Source: an uncultured delta proteobacterium (GTDB lineage: Bacteria > Myxococcota_A > Polyangia > Fen-1088). Taken from it: 64,000 nt of DNA. Below the pieces are notes generated by a model. The model searched no databases, was not told where the DNA came from, and worked only from the letters and a program-made list of their open reading frames with translations. Made by a program: the position numbers and the translations under genes. The stretch is taken from the NCBI GenBank assembly GCA_963767925.1, contig CAVYGB010000010.1:544001-608000 (forward strand). Direction: 5' to 3'. Each line of letters starts with the position of its first letter. The first letter of the stretch is position 1. Below are positions 19,432-29,293 of this stretch, one piece after another.

Positions 19432-19789
19432 GGGGAGCCAGTCTAGGAGAGGCCCCGATCGCCTTCAACCTCGGCGGCAGGCCCCGCACCGCGCTAACGG
19501 CTCGTGTTCTACGTTGAGTGGTCACGGGAGCGCCGCAGCGGGGAGCGGGTTTGCGAGGTCCGTTATACACACCGAGGTAAACATGGCCGGGTCCGGCGAG
19601 CGGTTGAAGACCGCTACGTTTACCTGGAATCGGGAAAAAAAGCGCCACCGTTCGCGCCACCGTCAGATCGACCGGCTGGGGGCTCGTGATCGGTCGGGAC
19701 ACCACATCGAGTATAAGCGCCAATCCGCGCGCTCCCACTTTTGCTGCTTCATCCGGTCGCGTGGTGTCAACCCCCGCGTCGTCCCGGCG

Positions 19790-22573
19790 TCACTCCCAGG
19801 CCAGGGTGAGCAGGAGCTGCGGGTCGAGGCGGGCCGGCACGCCGGCGAGCGGCAGGGCCGACCCCACGACCGACCCCGACAGCCGCAGGCCGAGCGCGCC
19901 GGGCGATCTCGACAGGGCCCGCGGCAGCGGCAGGCGCACGCCCTCGCGCACCGGCAGCCGCAGCTCGGCCCCCGCGCCCCAGACGCGAGAGAGCCCGCGG
20001 GTGGTCCAGGCCGAGAGGATCTGCGCGCGCGCGGCGAACCAGCTCGCCCGGTTCTCCGGGTCGAGCGCGAGGCGCCCCTCGAGGCCGGCGTAGGCGCCCA
20101 GGCCGAGCAGGGTCTGTCCCCCAGCGCGATCGAAGGTGCCGGCCAGCCCGCTGGCGACGATCAGGTGGTGGGCGAGATCTTCGGAGGCCAGCAGCGGCAG
20201 CAGGTGGCCGCCGCCCAGCCGGGCCTCGCCGGTCCGCCCCACCCGCGCGCGGCTGCCGAGGTCGGCGAACAGCTCGCCCCCCGCGCGCCCGGGGCGCAGG
20301 GAGCGGTAGCCGAGCAGCCGGGCGTTCCAGGCGGCCAGCCCGGGCCAGCGGCCGCCGCCGTCGAAGGCGAGCGCGGTCTCGGTGCGGGCGACGGTGAGCG
20401 CGGTGTGGGCGGGGAAGCCGAAGCGGCGCTGGTCGCCCAGCCGCTCGTCGTGCATGGCTCCCGCCAGCACGAGCACGCCGCGCGCGCCCGCGTCCGACCG
20501 GTCGAGCCCGGCCCCCACCTCCACCTCGTCGATCCCGGTGCGCGGGACGGCGATCCGGTGGGCCGCCGCCTCCTCGCGGGCCCGCTCGGCGTCGTCGCTC
20601 CGGAAGATCCGCAGGGGGCTGACCGCGGAAACATCGGCCAGCTCGGCCCGCGCCCGCTGCAGGCCGAGCAGCGCGGGTGACACCGCCGTGACGTAGGGGT
20701 GGTCGATGAGGGTGTCGAGGCCGGCGGCGAAGCGCTGCTCGCCCAGGGTCCGCTCGCGCGCGGGGAACAGGACCGCCTCGCGCAGGCCCGGGACCTCGCC
20801 CGGATCGTCGTGGCGGGCCTCCGCCTGCAGCAGCACCAGGCGCCGCAGATCGTCGGCCAGGGACGGGTGGCTCAGGCAGCCGCCGTCGAGCAGCACCCGC
20901 ACCCGCTGGTAGCCGCGCAGGCGGGTGGCCACCTCGTCGCCGCCGGTCTCGGCGAGGACGGCGCCCAGGGAGAAGCGGCAGGGACCCAGCGCCGGGTCGC
21001 CGGCCCGGGGGTGCCGCGCGAGCCGGGCCCGGAGCTCGACCAGCGCCGCCTGCAAGCGGGCTCGCTGCGCGCGCACGGCCGCCTGCTCGGCCTGCAGGTT
21101 GGCCAGCGCCTGCAGGTGGGCCTCGAGCAGCGCGCTCTGCCGGAGCAGCTCCTGCAGGTCGGCGGGCGCGCCGCCCGCGCGGTGCTGCAGCAGCAAGCCC
21201 CGATAGGCCTCCGCCCGGGCCTCGGGCGCGCCGGCGCGCACCACCTCCCAGAGGGCGTCGTGCCGGGCCCGCTGCGCGGCGGGCGCGGCCGCGCGCAGGC
21301 GGAGGGCGGCGCGCTGGCGGCGGGCCGCTGCGCGCCGGGCCTCGTGCTCGAAGCTGAGCAGCGTCCCCGGAATGAAGGTCAGCAGCGGCCCGCCGCCGGC
21401 CGAGCGGGTGCGGGCGTACCCCTCGAGCGTCCCGGCCGGCGTGGTGGCCAGGGCCTCGGGGAAGCGGACCTGCCGGTCGTCCGGCAACACGCTGTTTACC
21501 AGGTCGACCATCAGCGTCGCGCAGTTGCTCCCGAAGAAGAAGTAGCGGTAGCGGCCCGCCTGGCGCAGCGACCAGAGCCGCTGCAGCAGGGCCTCGGTCT
21601 CGGCGGGCGACAGGTGCAGGTGGTAGCGGCGCAGGTCCCGCCCCTCGGTGACGACGTACGTGCGGTAGGTCTCGAAGAAGCTGCGCTCGAGGAGGCTGGC
21701 CTGGTAGGCGCCGGCGATGCCCTTGAGCGCGTAGAGCGGCTCGTCGGCCAGGGGGGCGGCGCTCTCGACGAGGAAGGCCAGGGTGCGATCTTCGATGAGA
21801 TCGGGCGCCTCCGGCGGCTCGCCAGCCGGGGCCCGGGCGACCAGCCGCAGGAACACGTGGCCAAACATCGAGGCCATGGTGACGGTCGAGGGGGTGGCGA
21901 GGTGAAGCTCGATCCGTGCGAGCCGCTCGCGGGCGGCCCAGCGCTGATAGGCCAGGCAGGTGGGCGGGTCGCGCAGCGCCGCCGGCAGCGGGGCCAACGC
22001 CCGCAGCCGCGCGTGCAGGAAGGTGGCCTGGGGCAGCAGCCGGCACTGCAGGGGCAGATCGCCGCGGTCGCCGGCCGGGCGCAGGGTGCGCGCCTCGATC
22101 CAGGCGGCGGCGAAGGTGGCCAGATCCCAGGCCGGCGATCGCTGGCCGGCGGGCGCGGCGTAGGCCCCTTCCGCCAGGTTGCGCGCGCTCCAGCGCCAGG
22201 GCGCCGCCCGCGCCCGCGACCAGCCGTTGAGCCGCCGCCAGGCCGGCTCGCGTGACCAGCCCGCGCGCGCGTCGGCGACGGCGAGCGCCCCCAGCAACAC
22301 CTGCTGCCGGACCGAGCCGGCCCCCCCGCCGGCGCAGATCCGGATCCGCCCGGCGGCGGCGTCCACCGCCACCGCGGTCGAGGGCTCGCCGGTCGGGCAG
22401 CGCCCCGGCGCGACGCCGAGATCGAGCCCCGCCCGCAGCTCGGCCGGCAGGGCCGCCAGCGCCCAGGCGGCGGCCGCGGCCTCGACCCCGGCGAGGCCCC
22501 CCTCGGCCCGCGCTCCGGAGGTGGGCCCGAGCAGCAGCGCCCCGCCGACCGCCGCGAGCGCGGCCCGCCTCAC
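19790..22573 (-). CDS. Large secreted DUF4105 (Lnb-like) domain protein with probable C-terminal beta-barrel
   Basis: ASMFGHVFLRL, YALKGIAGAY, YVVTEGRDL, YRYFFFGSNCAT, TTP motifs; C-terminal amphipathic strands. GTG at 22573 overlaps the upstream TGA. Confidence 0.75.
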   Translation of the reverse strand: MRRAALAAVGGALLLGPTSGARAEGGLAGVEAAAAAWALAALPAELRAGLDLGVAPGRCPTGEPSTAVAVDAAAGRIRICAGGGAGSVRQQVLLGALAVADARAGWSREPAWRRLNGWSRARAAPWRWSARNLAEGAYAAPAGQRSPAWDLATFAAAWIEARTLRPAGDRGDLPLQCRLLPQATFLHARLRALAPLPAALRDPPTCLAYQRWAARERLARIELHLATPSTVTMASMFGHVFLRLVARAPAGEPPEAPDLIEDRTLAFLVESAAPLADEPLYALKGIAGAYQASLLERSFFETYRTYVVTEGRDLRRYHLHLSPAETEALLQRLWSLRQAGRYRYFFFGSNCATLMVDLVNSVLPDDRQVRFPEALATTPAGTLEGYARTRSAGGGPLLTFIPGTLLSFEHEARRAAARRQRAALRLRAAAPAAQRARHDALWEVVRAGAPEARAEAYRGLLLQHRAGGAPADLQELLRQSALLEAHLQALANLQAEQAAVRAQRARLQAALVELRARLARHPRAGDPALGPCRFSLGAVLAETGGDEVATRLRGYQRVRVLLDGGCLSHPSLADDLRRLVLLQAEARHDDPGEVPGLREAVLFPARERTLGEQRFAAGLDTLIDHPYVTAVSPALLGLQRARAELADVSAVSPLRIFRSDDAERAREEAAAHRIAVPRTGIDEVEVGAGLDRSDAGARGVLVLAGAMHDERLGDQRRFGFPAHTALTVARTETALAFDGGGRWPGLAAWNARLLGYRSLRPGRAGGELFADLGSRARVGRTGEARLGGGHLLPLLASEDLAHHLIVASGLAGTFDRAGGQTLLGLGAYAGLEGRLALDPENRASWFAARAQILSAWTTRGLSRVWGAGAELRLPVREGVRLPLPRALSRSPGALGLRLSGSVVGSALPLAGVPARLDPQLLLTLAWE

Positions 22574-23238
22574 CGGACGGCCGCGAGCGCGACGGCCCGC
22601 AGGCGGTCGTCGCCGAGCGCGCGCCGGCCCACCCGGGTGAAGGCCACGGCGAAGCGCCGCGCCCGGCCCTCGTCGATGCGCCCGTCGAGCGCGGCCAGCA
22701 GCTCCCCCTGCTCGCGCGAGCCGTCGAGCGTCCGGGACAGCCGATCCCGCTCGGCGGCGGTCAGCCCCAGCCCCCGGGTCCAGGCCGCCAGCAAGGGCCC
22801 CTCCCCCACCGCCATGTCCCGGGCGACCTGGGCGTGGTTGCGCTGAAGGAAGCGGGCCAGCAGGCGCATCTTCCTCGGTTCGTCGGCCCGGGCCAGCGCT
22901 CCGGTCGCCCGGACCAGCCCGATCGCGGTGGCGCCCACCGCCACCAGCAGCAGAGCCACCGAGATCAGCACCGTGCCCCGCTTCTGACTGGAGCCGTCGC
23001 TCGACTCCTCGGTGGTCCCGTTGGTGCTCCGCTCGGGCGAGGCCTCGGTCGAGTTCTCGCTCCGGTTGGACGAGTCGTTGGAGTTCCCCGAGCTGTCGTT
23101 CGAGGAGTTGGAGGAGTTGTCCGAGCCCTTCGACCCTTCGGACCCCTCGGAGGCCAGCCCGGGGCGCACCCCGCCGACCAGCAAGGCGCCGATCAGCACC
23201 CCCGAGAGAACGAACCGCGCGCAGCCACCGGCAACCAT
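22570..23238 (-). CDS. DUF3015-like protein with Ser/Asn-rich N-terminal region
   Basis: Signal/TM, low-complexity SDNSSNSSNDSSGNSNDSS, second TM, then FLQRNHAQVARDMAVGEGPLL resembling the DUF3015 C-terminal motif as I recall it. Confidence 0.6.
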   Translation of the reverse strand: MVAGGCARFVLSGVLIGALLVGGVRPGLASEGSEGSKGSDNSSNSSNDSSGNSNDSSNRSENSTEASPERSTNGTTEESSDGSSQKRGTVLISVALLLVAVGATAIGLVRATGALARADEPRKMRLLARFLQRNHAQVARDMAVGEGPLLAAWTRGLGLTAAERDRLSRTLDGSREQGELLAALDGRIDEGRARRFAVAFTRVGRRALGDDRLRAVALAAVR

Positions 23239-23319
23239 CCAGAGTCTCCGCTCCTGTCATCGGCAACGCGGGCCGGTTCCCTGAGCGAAAACGTCCGCCC
23301 CCGTGGCAAGTTACCCCCC

Positions 23320-23787
23320 ATGTCGGAACACAAAGCCACCGTCCGCTGGGCCCTGACCGGGGAAGACTTCAGCAAGGGGCGTTACTCCCGCGCGCATAGC
23401 TGGACCTTCGACGGCGGCGCCACCGTGGCCGCCTCGGCCTCCCCTTCGGTCGTGCCCCTGCCTTACTCCGACCCGGCGGCGGTCGATCCCGAGGAGGCCT
23501 ACGTCGCCGCCCTGTCGAGCTGCCACATGTTGACCTTCTTGCACGTGGCCTACCGCAAGGGCTTCGTCGTGACCACCTACGACGACGAGGCCGTCGGGGT
23601 CATGAGCAAGAACGAAAGCGGCTCGCTCTGGGTGAGCCAGGTGACCCTGCGGCCGCAGGTGACCTACCGGGAGGGCGCCGCCCCCAGCCCCGACCAGGAG
23701 GACCAGCTCCACGAGGCCGCCCACCACGGCTGCTTCATCGCCAGCTCGGTCAAGACCCCCATCGCGGTGAGCCCCCGCCGCGGCTGA
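23320..23787 (+). CDS. OsmC/Ohr family peroxiredoxin-like protein
   Basis: YSRAHSWTFDGG, DPEEAYVAALSSCHMLTFL, AHHGCFIASSVK (two conserved Cys). Confidence 0.92.
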   Translation: MSEHKATVRWALTGEDFSKGRYSRAHSWTFDGGATVAASASPSVVPLPYSDPAAVDPEEAYVAALSSCHMLTFLHVAYRKGFVVTTYDDEAVGVMSKNESGSLWVSQVTLRPQVTYREGAAPSPDQEDQLHEAAHHGCFIASSVKTPIAVSPRRG

Positions 23788-23883
23788 TCGACCCGCTGCC
23801 TCCTCCGCCCCCCTACCCGGCGCGGCCCGGGCGCCCTATCTTGTCGGGGCACTTTTCTCCCTTCCCATACGCAGGAGGCTTTC

Positions 23884-24102
23884 ATGTCTGAGTCCAGAGG
23901 ATCGGTGGCCAAGGTCTCCGAGATCAGCGCGCGTTCGCCCCGCAGCTTCGAGGACGCCATCCAGGTGGGCATCGCCCGCGCGGCCAAGACGCTCAGGAAT
24001 GTCAACAGCGCCTGGGTCAAAGAGCAGCGGATCGAGATCAAGGACGGCAAACCGGCCAGCTACCAGGTCAATCTGATGGTGACCTTCACCCTCGAGGACT
24101 GA
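23884..24102 (+). CDS. Dodecin (flavin-binding)
   Basis: 72 aa: VAKVSEISARSPRSFEDAIQVGIARAAKTLRNV..AWVKEQ...YQVNLMVTFTLED. RBS AGGAGG. Confidence 0.92.
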   Translation: MSESRGSVAKVSEISARSPRSFEDAIQVGIARAAKTLRNVNSAWVKEQRIEIKDGKPASYQVNLMVTFTLED

Positions 24103-24143
24103 AAGCAGCGCGCGCCGGAGCGCGAGGCGTGCGGATCGCGCAG

Positions 24144-24269
24144 CTAGGGCTGCCAGATCCGCACGACCTCCCTCCCCGCCGCCAGCAGCAAAGTGGCCGA
24201 AAACGTGGTGAGAACCGCGGTGAAAAACGAGAGCTCCAGCCGGTCGAGCAGGCTTCGTGTGGTTTCCAT
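24144..24269 (-). CDS. Putative 41-aa single-TM small protein
   Basis: METTRSLLDRLELSFFTAVLTTFSATLLLAAGREVVRIWQP, directly downstream of a sigma54 motif. Confidence 0.5.
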   Translation of the reverse strand: METTRSLLDRLELSFFTAVLTTFSATLLLAAGREVVRIWQP

Positions 24270-24281
24270 GTCCGGGGTAAC

Positions 24282-24297
24282 AGCACGGGTCGTGCCA
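24282..24297 (-). promoter_or_regulatory. Putative sigma54 (-24/-12) promoter
   Basis: Minus strand TGGCACGACCCGTGCT: exact TGGCACG plus GG-N10-GC spacing. Confidence 0.65.
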
Positions 24298-24611
24298 CGC
24301 CGGGACGGAACGTGGCTCGCGATCGCGCCGGCTTTGCCGGGGCTGATCGCCGGGTCTCTCCGCGCGCCGCCCGGAGCGCTGTCCGCTCCGTCCCACCGCC
24401 GGACGTGCCGACGGTCGCTGGGGGGGCAGAACCGTCGAGCAAACATCGCGGCACCGGTCGATCTGACAACGGACCTCTCGATCAGGCAGGATGGCGGCGA
24501 CGGGGCCATGTGGCCACGCGTCATCGCTTTACCCGGGGAGTAGAGGTTGCCCCCGGCTTTTAAGACCCTACGTTATTGCCCAGAGCCGCCCATGTGCTCG
24601 AGGAGGTCCGC

Positions 24612-24989
24612 GTGATCCTGGTGGTAGACGACGACCCCGAAGTGCTCACCGCACTCTCGGAAACCCTCGAGGCAGAGGGCTACGCGGTGCGCGGAGCGCG
24701 CGACGGCATCGAAGCGCTGGAGGTGATCCGGGAATGTCGACCGGACCTGATCATCACAGATCTTCTGATGCCGACCATGACCGGGTTCGAGCTGCTGGGT
24801 GCGTTGCACGACGACCCCGAGCTGGCGACGATCCCGACCCTCATCATCACGGCCGCCCGCGGCCCCGTGGCGCAGCAGACCCGGGGCGCCCAGGCCGTCT
24901 TCCCCAAGCCGCTCGACCTCGACCGGCTGCTGCGCGCGATCAACGTCTACACGCACAACGACAACAACAGCAACAACAGCAGCAACTGA
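24612..24989 (+). CDS. Single-domain response regulator (CheY-like)
   Basis: ILVVDDD, LIITDLLMP (phospho-Asp), FPKP. GAGGAGG RBS before GTG at 24612. Confidence 0.9.
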   Translation: MILVVDDDPEVLTALSETLEAEGYAVRGARDGIEALEVIRECRPDLIITDLLMPTMTGFELLGALHDDPELATIPTLIITAARGPVAQQTRGAQAVFPKPLDLDRLLRAINVYTHNDNNSNNSSN

Positions 24990-25115
24990 GCGCCGGCCGA
25001 CGGGTCGCACCCCGCCGCGCAAGTAGGCGCAAGCGACAGGAGTAGGCGTCGCCACCGGGACGGCCGCTGCCCGCAAAATGCAGCGGCCGAACGTCAAAAC
25101 GGGTAGCATCGTTGC

Positions 25116-25628
25116 GTGGTGGTGGTGGCGGTGGCGGACGGATCGAAGGCGCTGTTGCTGTTCGAGGTCGCCGGGGGGCTGTTCGCGATCGATCCGGCGG
25201 CCATCCGCCAGATCGTCCCGCTCCCCCTGCTCGCGCATCCGCCGGGCACCCCCTTGCTGCTCGAGGGCTTCCTCGATCTCGCCGGCGAGGCGATCCCCGT
25301 CCTCCACCTCGCCCGCCTGCTTCAGCTCGCGGCCGGGCCGCCCGACGTCTACGCCCACCTGCTCGTCCTCAAGCAGCCGGGCCTGCCTTTGGCCCTGCTC
25401 GTGGATCGGGCGGTCGGCCTCACCTCGGCCCCGGCCGAGGCCTTCACCCCGCTCGAGCGGGGCCAGACGTTCAACGACTGCGCCGAGCATCTGCTGCGCC
25501 TCGGTGAGCAGACCGTCCCCCTCCTCTCGGTCGAGCGCCTGCTGCTGCGGCAGGAGCGGGCCCGCATTGCCGCCCTCCAGGCCATGGAGCAGCTCCGCCT
25601 GCAGCGACTCCTGGAAGCGTCCCCTTGA
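25116..25628 (+). CDS. cheW: Chemotaxis coupling protein CheW
   Basis: LLFEVAGGLFAI, PGTPLLLEGFLDLAGEAIPVLHL, ALLVDRAVG. Start uncertain. Confidence 0.85.
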   Translation: MVVVAVADGSKALLLFEVAGGLFAIDPAAIRQIVPLPLLAHPPGTPLLLEGFLDLAGEAIPVLHLARLLQLAAGPPDVYAHLLVLKQPGLPLALLVDRAVGLTSAPAEAFTPLERGQTFNDCAEHLLRLGEQTVPLLSVERLLLRQERARIAALQAMEQLRLQRLLEASP

Positions 25629-27070
25629 GCTCCCCGGCCCTCCGCGCTCCGGCGCTGATGAGCGACCCCGGCTACCGCAGCCTCAAGCAGTACCTCGTCG
25701 AGTCGACCGGCCTGGCCTTTTACCAGGACAAAGACGTCGACCTGGCCGAGAAGATCGCCAAGCGGCTCTCGGCGATCCGCCAGGCGGGCTGCGTGGACTA
25801 CCTCAACCTGCTGCGCGCGGGGCCCAGCGGTGACATCGAGCTCGACGAGCTGATCAACGACCTCACGATCGGCGAGACCTACTTCTTCCGCTTCGAGGAG
25901 CACTTCCAGGTTCTGCGGGAGACAATCGTCCCCGGGATCCTCCGGCGCAACGCCGATCGGCGGCAGATCCGGGTCTGGAGCGCCGGCTGCTCCTTCGGAG
26001 CCGAGCCCTACTCCATCTCCCTGCTGCTACGCCGGGAGTTCGGCCACCTCCTGACGGACTGGCAGGTGTCGATCGTCGGGACCGACATCAACCGGCAATC
26101 GCTGGCCCGCGCCCGCGAGGGCCTCTTCGGCGAGTGGGCCCTGCGCAACATGGACCCCGCCCTCAAGGCCGCCTCCTTCGAGCGATCGGGACGCGGCTAC
26201 CGGCTGCGAGACCCCTACCGGGAAGGGGTGTCGTTCCACTACCACAACCTCGTCAAGCACCCCTACCCGTCGTTCTCCCAGGACCTCGAGTCGTTTGACA
26301 TCATCTTGTGTCGGAACGTCCTCATCTACTTCAGCCGGGACGTGATCGGCGAATGCGTGAGCAAATTCTGGGGCGCGCTGGTCGAGGGGGGCTGGCTGCT
26401 GGCGGGCCACGCCGAGATCGACCGGGAGATCTTCCGGGACTTCCGGGCGGTCAGCTTCCCGGGCGCGGTAATGTTCGAGCGCCCGGCCGAGCGGGGGGAG
26501 GCCGCGCCCCCCGGGCCTCCGGACTGGCAGCCGCAGGCGTTCGTGCCGGCGTTTTCGCCGGTGTTTTCGCCGCCCTCCTCGCCCCTGCTGCTCCCGGCCT
26601 CCCCGCCGCTCGCCGACCCCGCCCATCGGATCGAGCGCGCCCCGCCGCCGGCGCCCGCCGCGCCCAGCGCGCGCATCCGTGAGCTGGCCGATCGGGCGCA
26701 GTGGGCCGAGGCGGCGGAGATCTGCCGGACCCTCATCGACAAGGACCGGCTCGATCCCATCGGGCACTTTTACCAGGCGCTGATACTCGAGCAGACCGGC
26801 CGGGCCGAGGAGGCCGACCGGGCCCTCAACCGGGCCATTTACCTCGACCGTGGCTTCGTGCTCGCCCATTACCACCGGGGGCTGCTGCTGCTGAAGCGGG
26901 GCGATCCGGAGGGCGCCGTCCGCGCCTTCCGCAACGTGCTCGACCTGCTGCGGGCCCTGGCCCCCGAGACGGTCCTGGCCGAAAGCGACGGGCTCTCGGC
27001 CGCCGCCCTGGGCGAGCTTACCCGGCTGCAGCTCCAGATGCTGGGCCGCACCCGACCGGACGGGATCTGA
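25625..27070 (+). CDS. cheR: CheR methyltransferase with C-terminal TPR repeats
   Basis: LTIGETYFFR, VWSAGCSFGAEPYS, GTDIN, FDIILCRNVLIYF; TPR tail (RAIYLDRGFVLAHY). Alternative ATG at 25658. Confidence 0.93.
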   Translation: MSSPALRAPALMSDPGYRSLKQYLVESTGLAFYQDKDVDLAEKIAKRLSAIRQAGCVDYLNLLRAGPSGDIELDELINDLTIGETYFFRFEEHFQVLRETIVPGILRRNADRRQIRVWSAGCSFGAEPYSISLLLRREFGHLLTDWQVSIVGTDINRQSLARAREGLFGEWALRNMDPALKAASFERSGRGYRLRDPYREGVSFHYHNLVKHPYPSFSQDLESFDIILCRNVLIYFSRDVIGECVSKFWGALVEGGWLLAGHAEIDREIFRDFRAVSFPGAVMFERPAERGEAAPPGPPDWQPQAFVPAFSPVFSPPSSPLLLPASPPLADPAHRIERAPPPAPAAPSARIRELADRAQWAEAAEICRTLIDKDRLDPIGHFYQALILEQTGRAEEADRALNRAIYLDRGFVLAHYHRGLLLLKRGDPEGAVRAFRNVLDLLRALAPETVLAESDGLSAAALGELTRLQLQMLGRTRPDGI

Positions 27071-27074
27071 CGCC

Positions 27075-27683
27075 ATGAGAACCGGCAAGATCGACTGGAC
27101 GGCGCTGAAGCACACCCTGGCGGAGGGCGAGCGCAAGCTGGCGGCGGCCCTGGTCTTTGACGAAGCCCGCCGGCAGGCGCTCCTGCGCCAGCGCGCCACC
27201 TACCTGGCCGCGCACCAGGCCGTGCACCCGACGGTGAGCGCGTCCCATTCGTTCCTGGTCTTCCTCCTCGGCCAGGAGAGCTACGCCCTGGGGCTGGGCG
27301 CGCTCGGGCAGATCTTGCCCCTCGACCACCTGGTGCCGGTCCCGGGCGCGCCCGCCACCATCCTCGGCGTCATGAGCCTGCGGGGGGAGGTCGGGACGGT
27401 CTGGAGCCTGGCCCGGCTGCTCAATCTGCCGCCCGCCCCACCGGTCGCCGGGGGTCACGTGCTGGTCCTCAAGGGGAACGGCGAGCAAGGCCTGGCGGTG
27501 GACTACGTGGAGGGCACCCGGGAGATCGACGCCGGCGCGCTCGCCCCGGCCTCGGAGGGCGCCCTGTTACCCCTGCGTTTTCTCCGCGGCCTCACCCGGG
27601 AGGGCGTCCACGTCCTCGACGCCGAGACCCTCCGGGGGGCCATGTCGTCGAACGCCGATCAGGCAAGGGAGCCACGAACATGA
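27075..27683 (+). CDS. cheW: Second CheW (WspD-like N-terminal extension)
   Basis: [41 protein letters not shown]. Confidence 0.88.
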   Translation: MRTGKIDWTALKHTLAEGERKLAAALVFDEARRQALLRQRATYLAAHQAVHPTVSASHSFLVFLLGQESYALGLGALGQILPLDHLVPVPGAPATILGVMSLRGEVGTVWSLARLLNLPPAPPVAGGHVLVLKGNGEQGLAVDYVEGTREIDAGALAPASEGALLPLRFLRGLTREGVHVLDAETLRGAMSSNADQAREPRT

Positions 27684-29293
27684 ATCGAGTCGGACTGTGG
27701 GGCCGGATGAGCGTCGGTCGCAAGATCAGCTTCATCGGGGTGCTGTTCCTGGCGACGGTGGCGGCCATCATCGGCCACAACGTGCTGGCCCAGAAGGACC
27801 GGGACACCGAGGCGGAGGTGATCGACTTCGCCGGCCGGCAACGGGAGCTCTCCCAGCTCTACGCCCGCGACGTCTTGCTGGCCGCGGGCGGGCGCGCCTC
27901 GGACCACGCCTACTGGGCCAGCATCTTCGAGGAGACGGTCACCGCCCTGCTCGAGGGCGGCCCGGTGACCCTCGCCATCAAGGAGCAAAACAAGGTGACC
28001 GTCCCGGGCGCGCCCAGCCCGGCGATCGCGGAGCTGCTGCGCGAGCAGCGCCAGCTCTTCGAGGAGCTGGTCCGCATCGGCCAGCAGACGCTGGAGAGCC
28101 GGGCCGGGGACGGTGCCCTGGCGACCCGCAGCGAGGCCCTGCTGGCCGCCGCTTTCAAGGTGCGGACCAAGGCCAACCAGGCCACCAAGGCGTTCGCCCG
28201 CCACTTCGAGGGCAACCTCCAGCAGGCGATCCGCAGCGAGATCATCATCGGGGCGGTGGCCGCCCTGATCGGGCTGCTGCTCTCCTGGATCATCACCCGC
28301 GGCATCGTCGGCCCCCTCGGCGCGGTGGCGGGCAACGCCCAGAGGATCGCCCGGGGCGACCTGCGCCAGGAGCGGCTCACGGTCCAGTCCGAGGACGAGA
28401 TCGGGCGCCTGGCGACGGCCTTCAACGACATGCAGGCCGCCCTCAAGGAGATCACGGTGCAGACCCACCAGGGGACGCTCAACCTCGACAGCGCCTGCCA
28501 GCAGATGCTCGCCTCGACCCAGCAGCAGGCGGCCAGCACCCGCGAGCAGGCGGCGGCCGTGCAGGAGACCACCACCACCGTCGAGGAGGTCCGGCAGGCG
28601 GGGGCCCAGATCTCCGAGCGGGCCAAGCAGGTGGCCCAGGCCGCCGAGGCCACCTCCTCGGCCGGGCGCACCGGCCTGCAGGCGGTGCAGGACACCAACC
28701 AGACCATGGACAAGATCCGCGAGCAGGTGGAGGCGGTGGCCGAGAACATCGTCTCGCTGAGCGAGAAGACCCAGGCCGTCGGGGAGATCGTGGCCTCGGT
28801 CAACGACATCGCCGAGCAGTCCCACCTGCTGGCCCTCAACGCCGCCATCGAGGCGGCCTCGGCGGGCGAGGCGGGCCGGGGCTTCGCGGTGGTGGCCGGT
28901 GAGGTGAAGAACCTGGCCGATCAGGCCAAGCAGTCGACCATCCAGGTGCGCAACCTGCTCGGCGAGATCCAGAAGGGGATCAGCGGATCGGTGATGTTGA
29001 CCGAGGAGGCGGTCAAGCGGGTCGAGACAGGCAAGCGCCAGGCCGAGGTGACCGAGCGGACCATCAAGGAGCTGGCCGACACAACCGTCGAGAGCGTGCA
29101 CGCCTTCCAGCAGACCATCGCCACCACCAATCAGCAGCAGATCGGCTACGACCAGGTGACCCAGGCCCTGCGCGACATCCGCCGGGCCTCCGAGCAGACG
29201 GCGGCGGGCACCTCCCAGCTCGAGCGGGCGACCTCCAACCTCACCGCCCTGAGCCAGCAGCTCCGCAAGGCGGTCGAGAGGTTCCAGGTTTGA
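27680..29293 (+). CDS. Methyl-accepting chemotaxis protein (2 TM, HAMP, PilJ/NarX-like sensor)
   Basis: HAMP (IARGDL...[13 protein letters not shown]); hairpin [37 protein letters not shown]; periplasmic [11 protein letters not shown]. Confidence 0.95.
   Translation: MNRVGLWGRMSVGRKISFIGVLFLATVAAIIGHNVLAQKDRDTEAEVIDFAGRQRELSQLYARDVLLAAGGRASDHAYWASIFEETVTALLEGGPVTLAIKEQNKVTVPGAPSPAIAELLREQRQLFEELVRIGQQTLESRAGDGALATRSEALLAAAFKVRTKANQATKAFARHFEGNLQQAIRSEIIIGAVAALIGLLLSWIITRGIVGPLGAVAGNAQRIARGDLRQERLTVQSEDEIGRLATAFNDMQAALKEITVQTHQGTLNLDSACQQMLASTQQQAASTREQAAAVQETTTTVEEVRQAGAQISERAKQVAQAAEATSSAGRTGLQAVQDTNQTMDKIREQVEAVAENIVSLSEKTQAVGEIVASVNDIAEQSHLLALNAAIEAASAGEAGRGFAVVAGEVKNLADQAKQSTIQVRNLLGEIQKGISGSVMLTEEAVKRVETGKRQAEVTERTIKELADTTVESVHAFQQTIATTNQQQIGYDQVTQALRDIRRASEQTAAGTSQLERATSNLTALSQQLRKAVERFQV

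Noticed and set aside
19504..19689. 61-aa plus-strand ORF in the RibD leader region
   Set aside because: No RBS, no recognisable motif, and it overlaps the probable regulatory region of the minus-strand operon.
19432..19789. FMN riboswitch expected upstream of a ribD-like gene
   Set aside because: The conserved RFN segments (AGGGCGGGGUGAAAUUCCCGACCGGUGG-like) are not visible on either strand.
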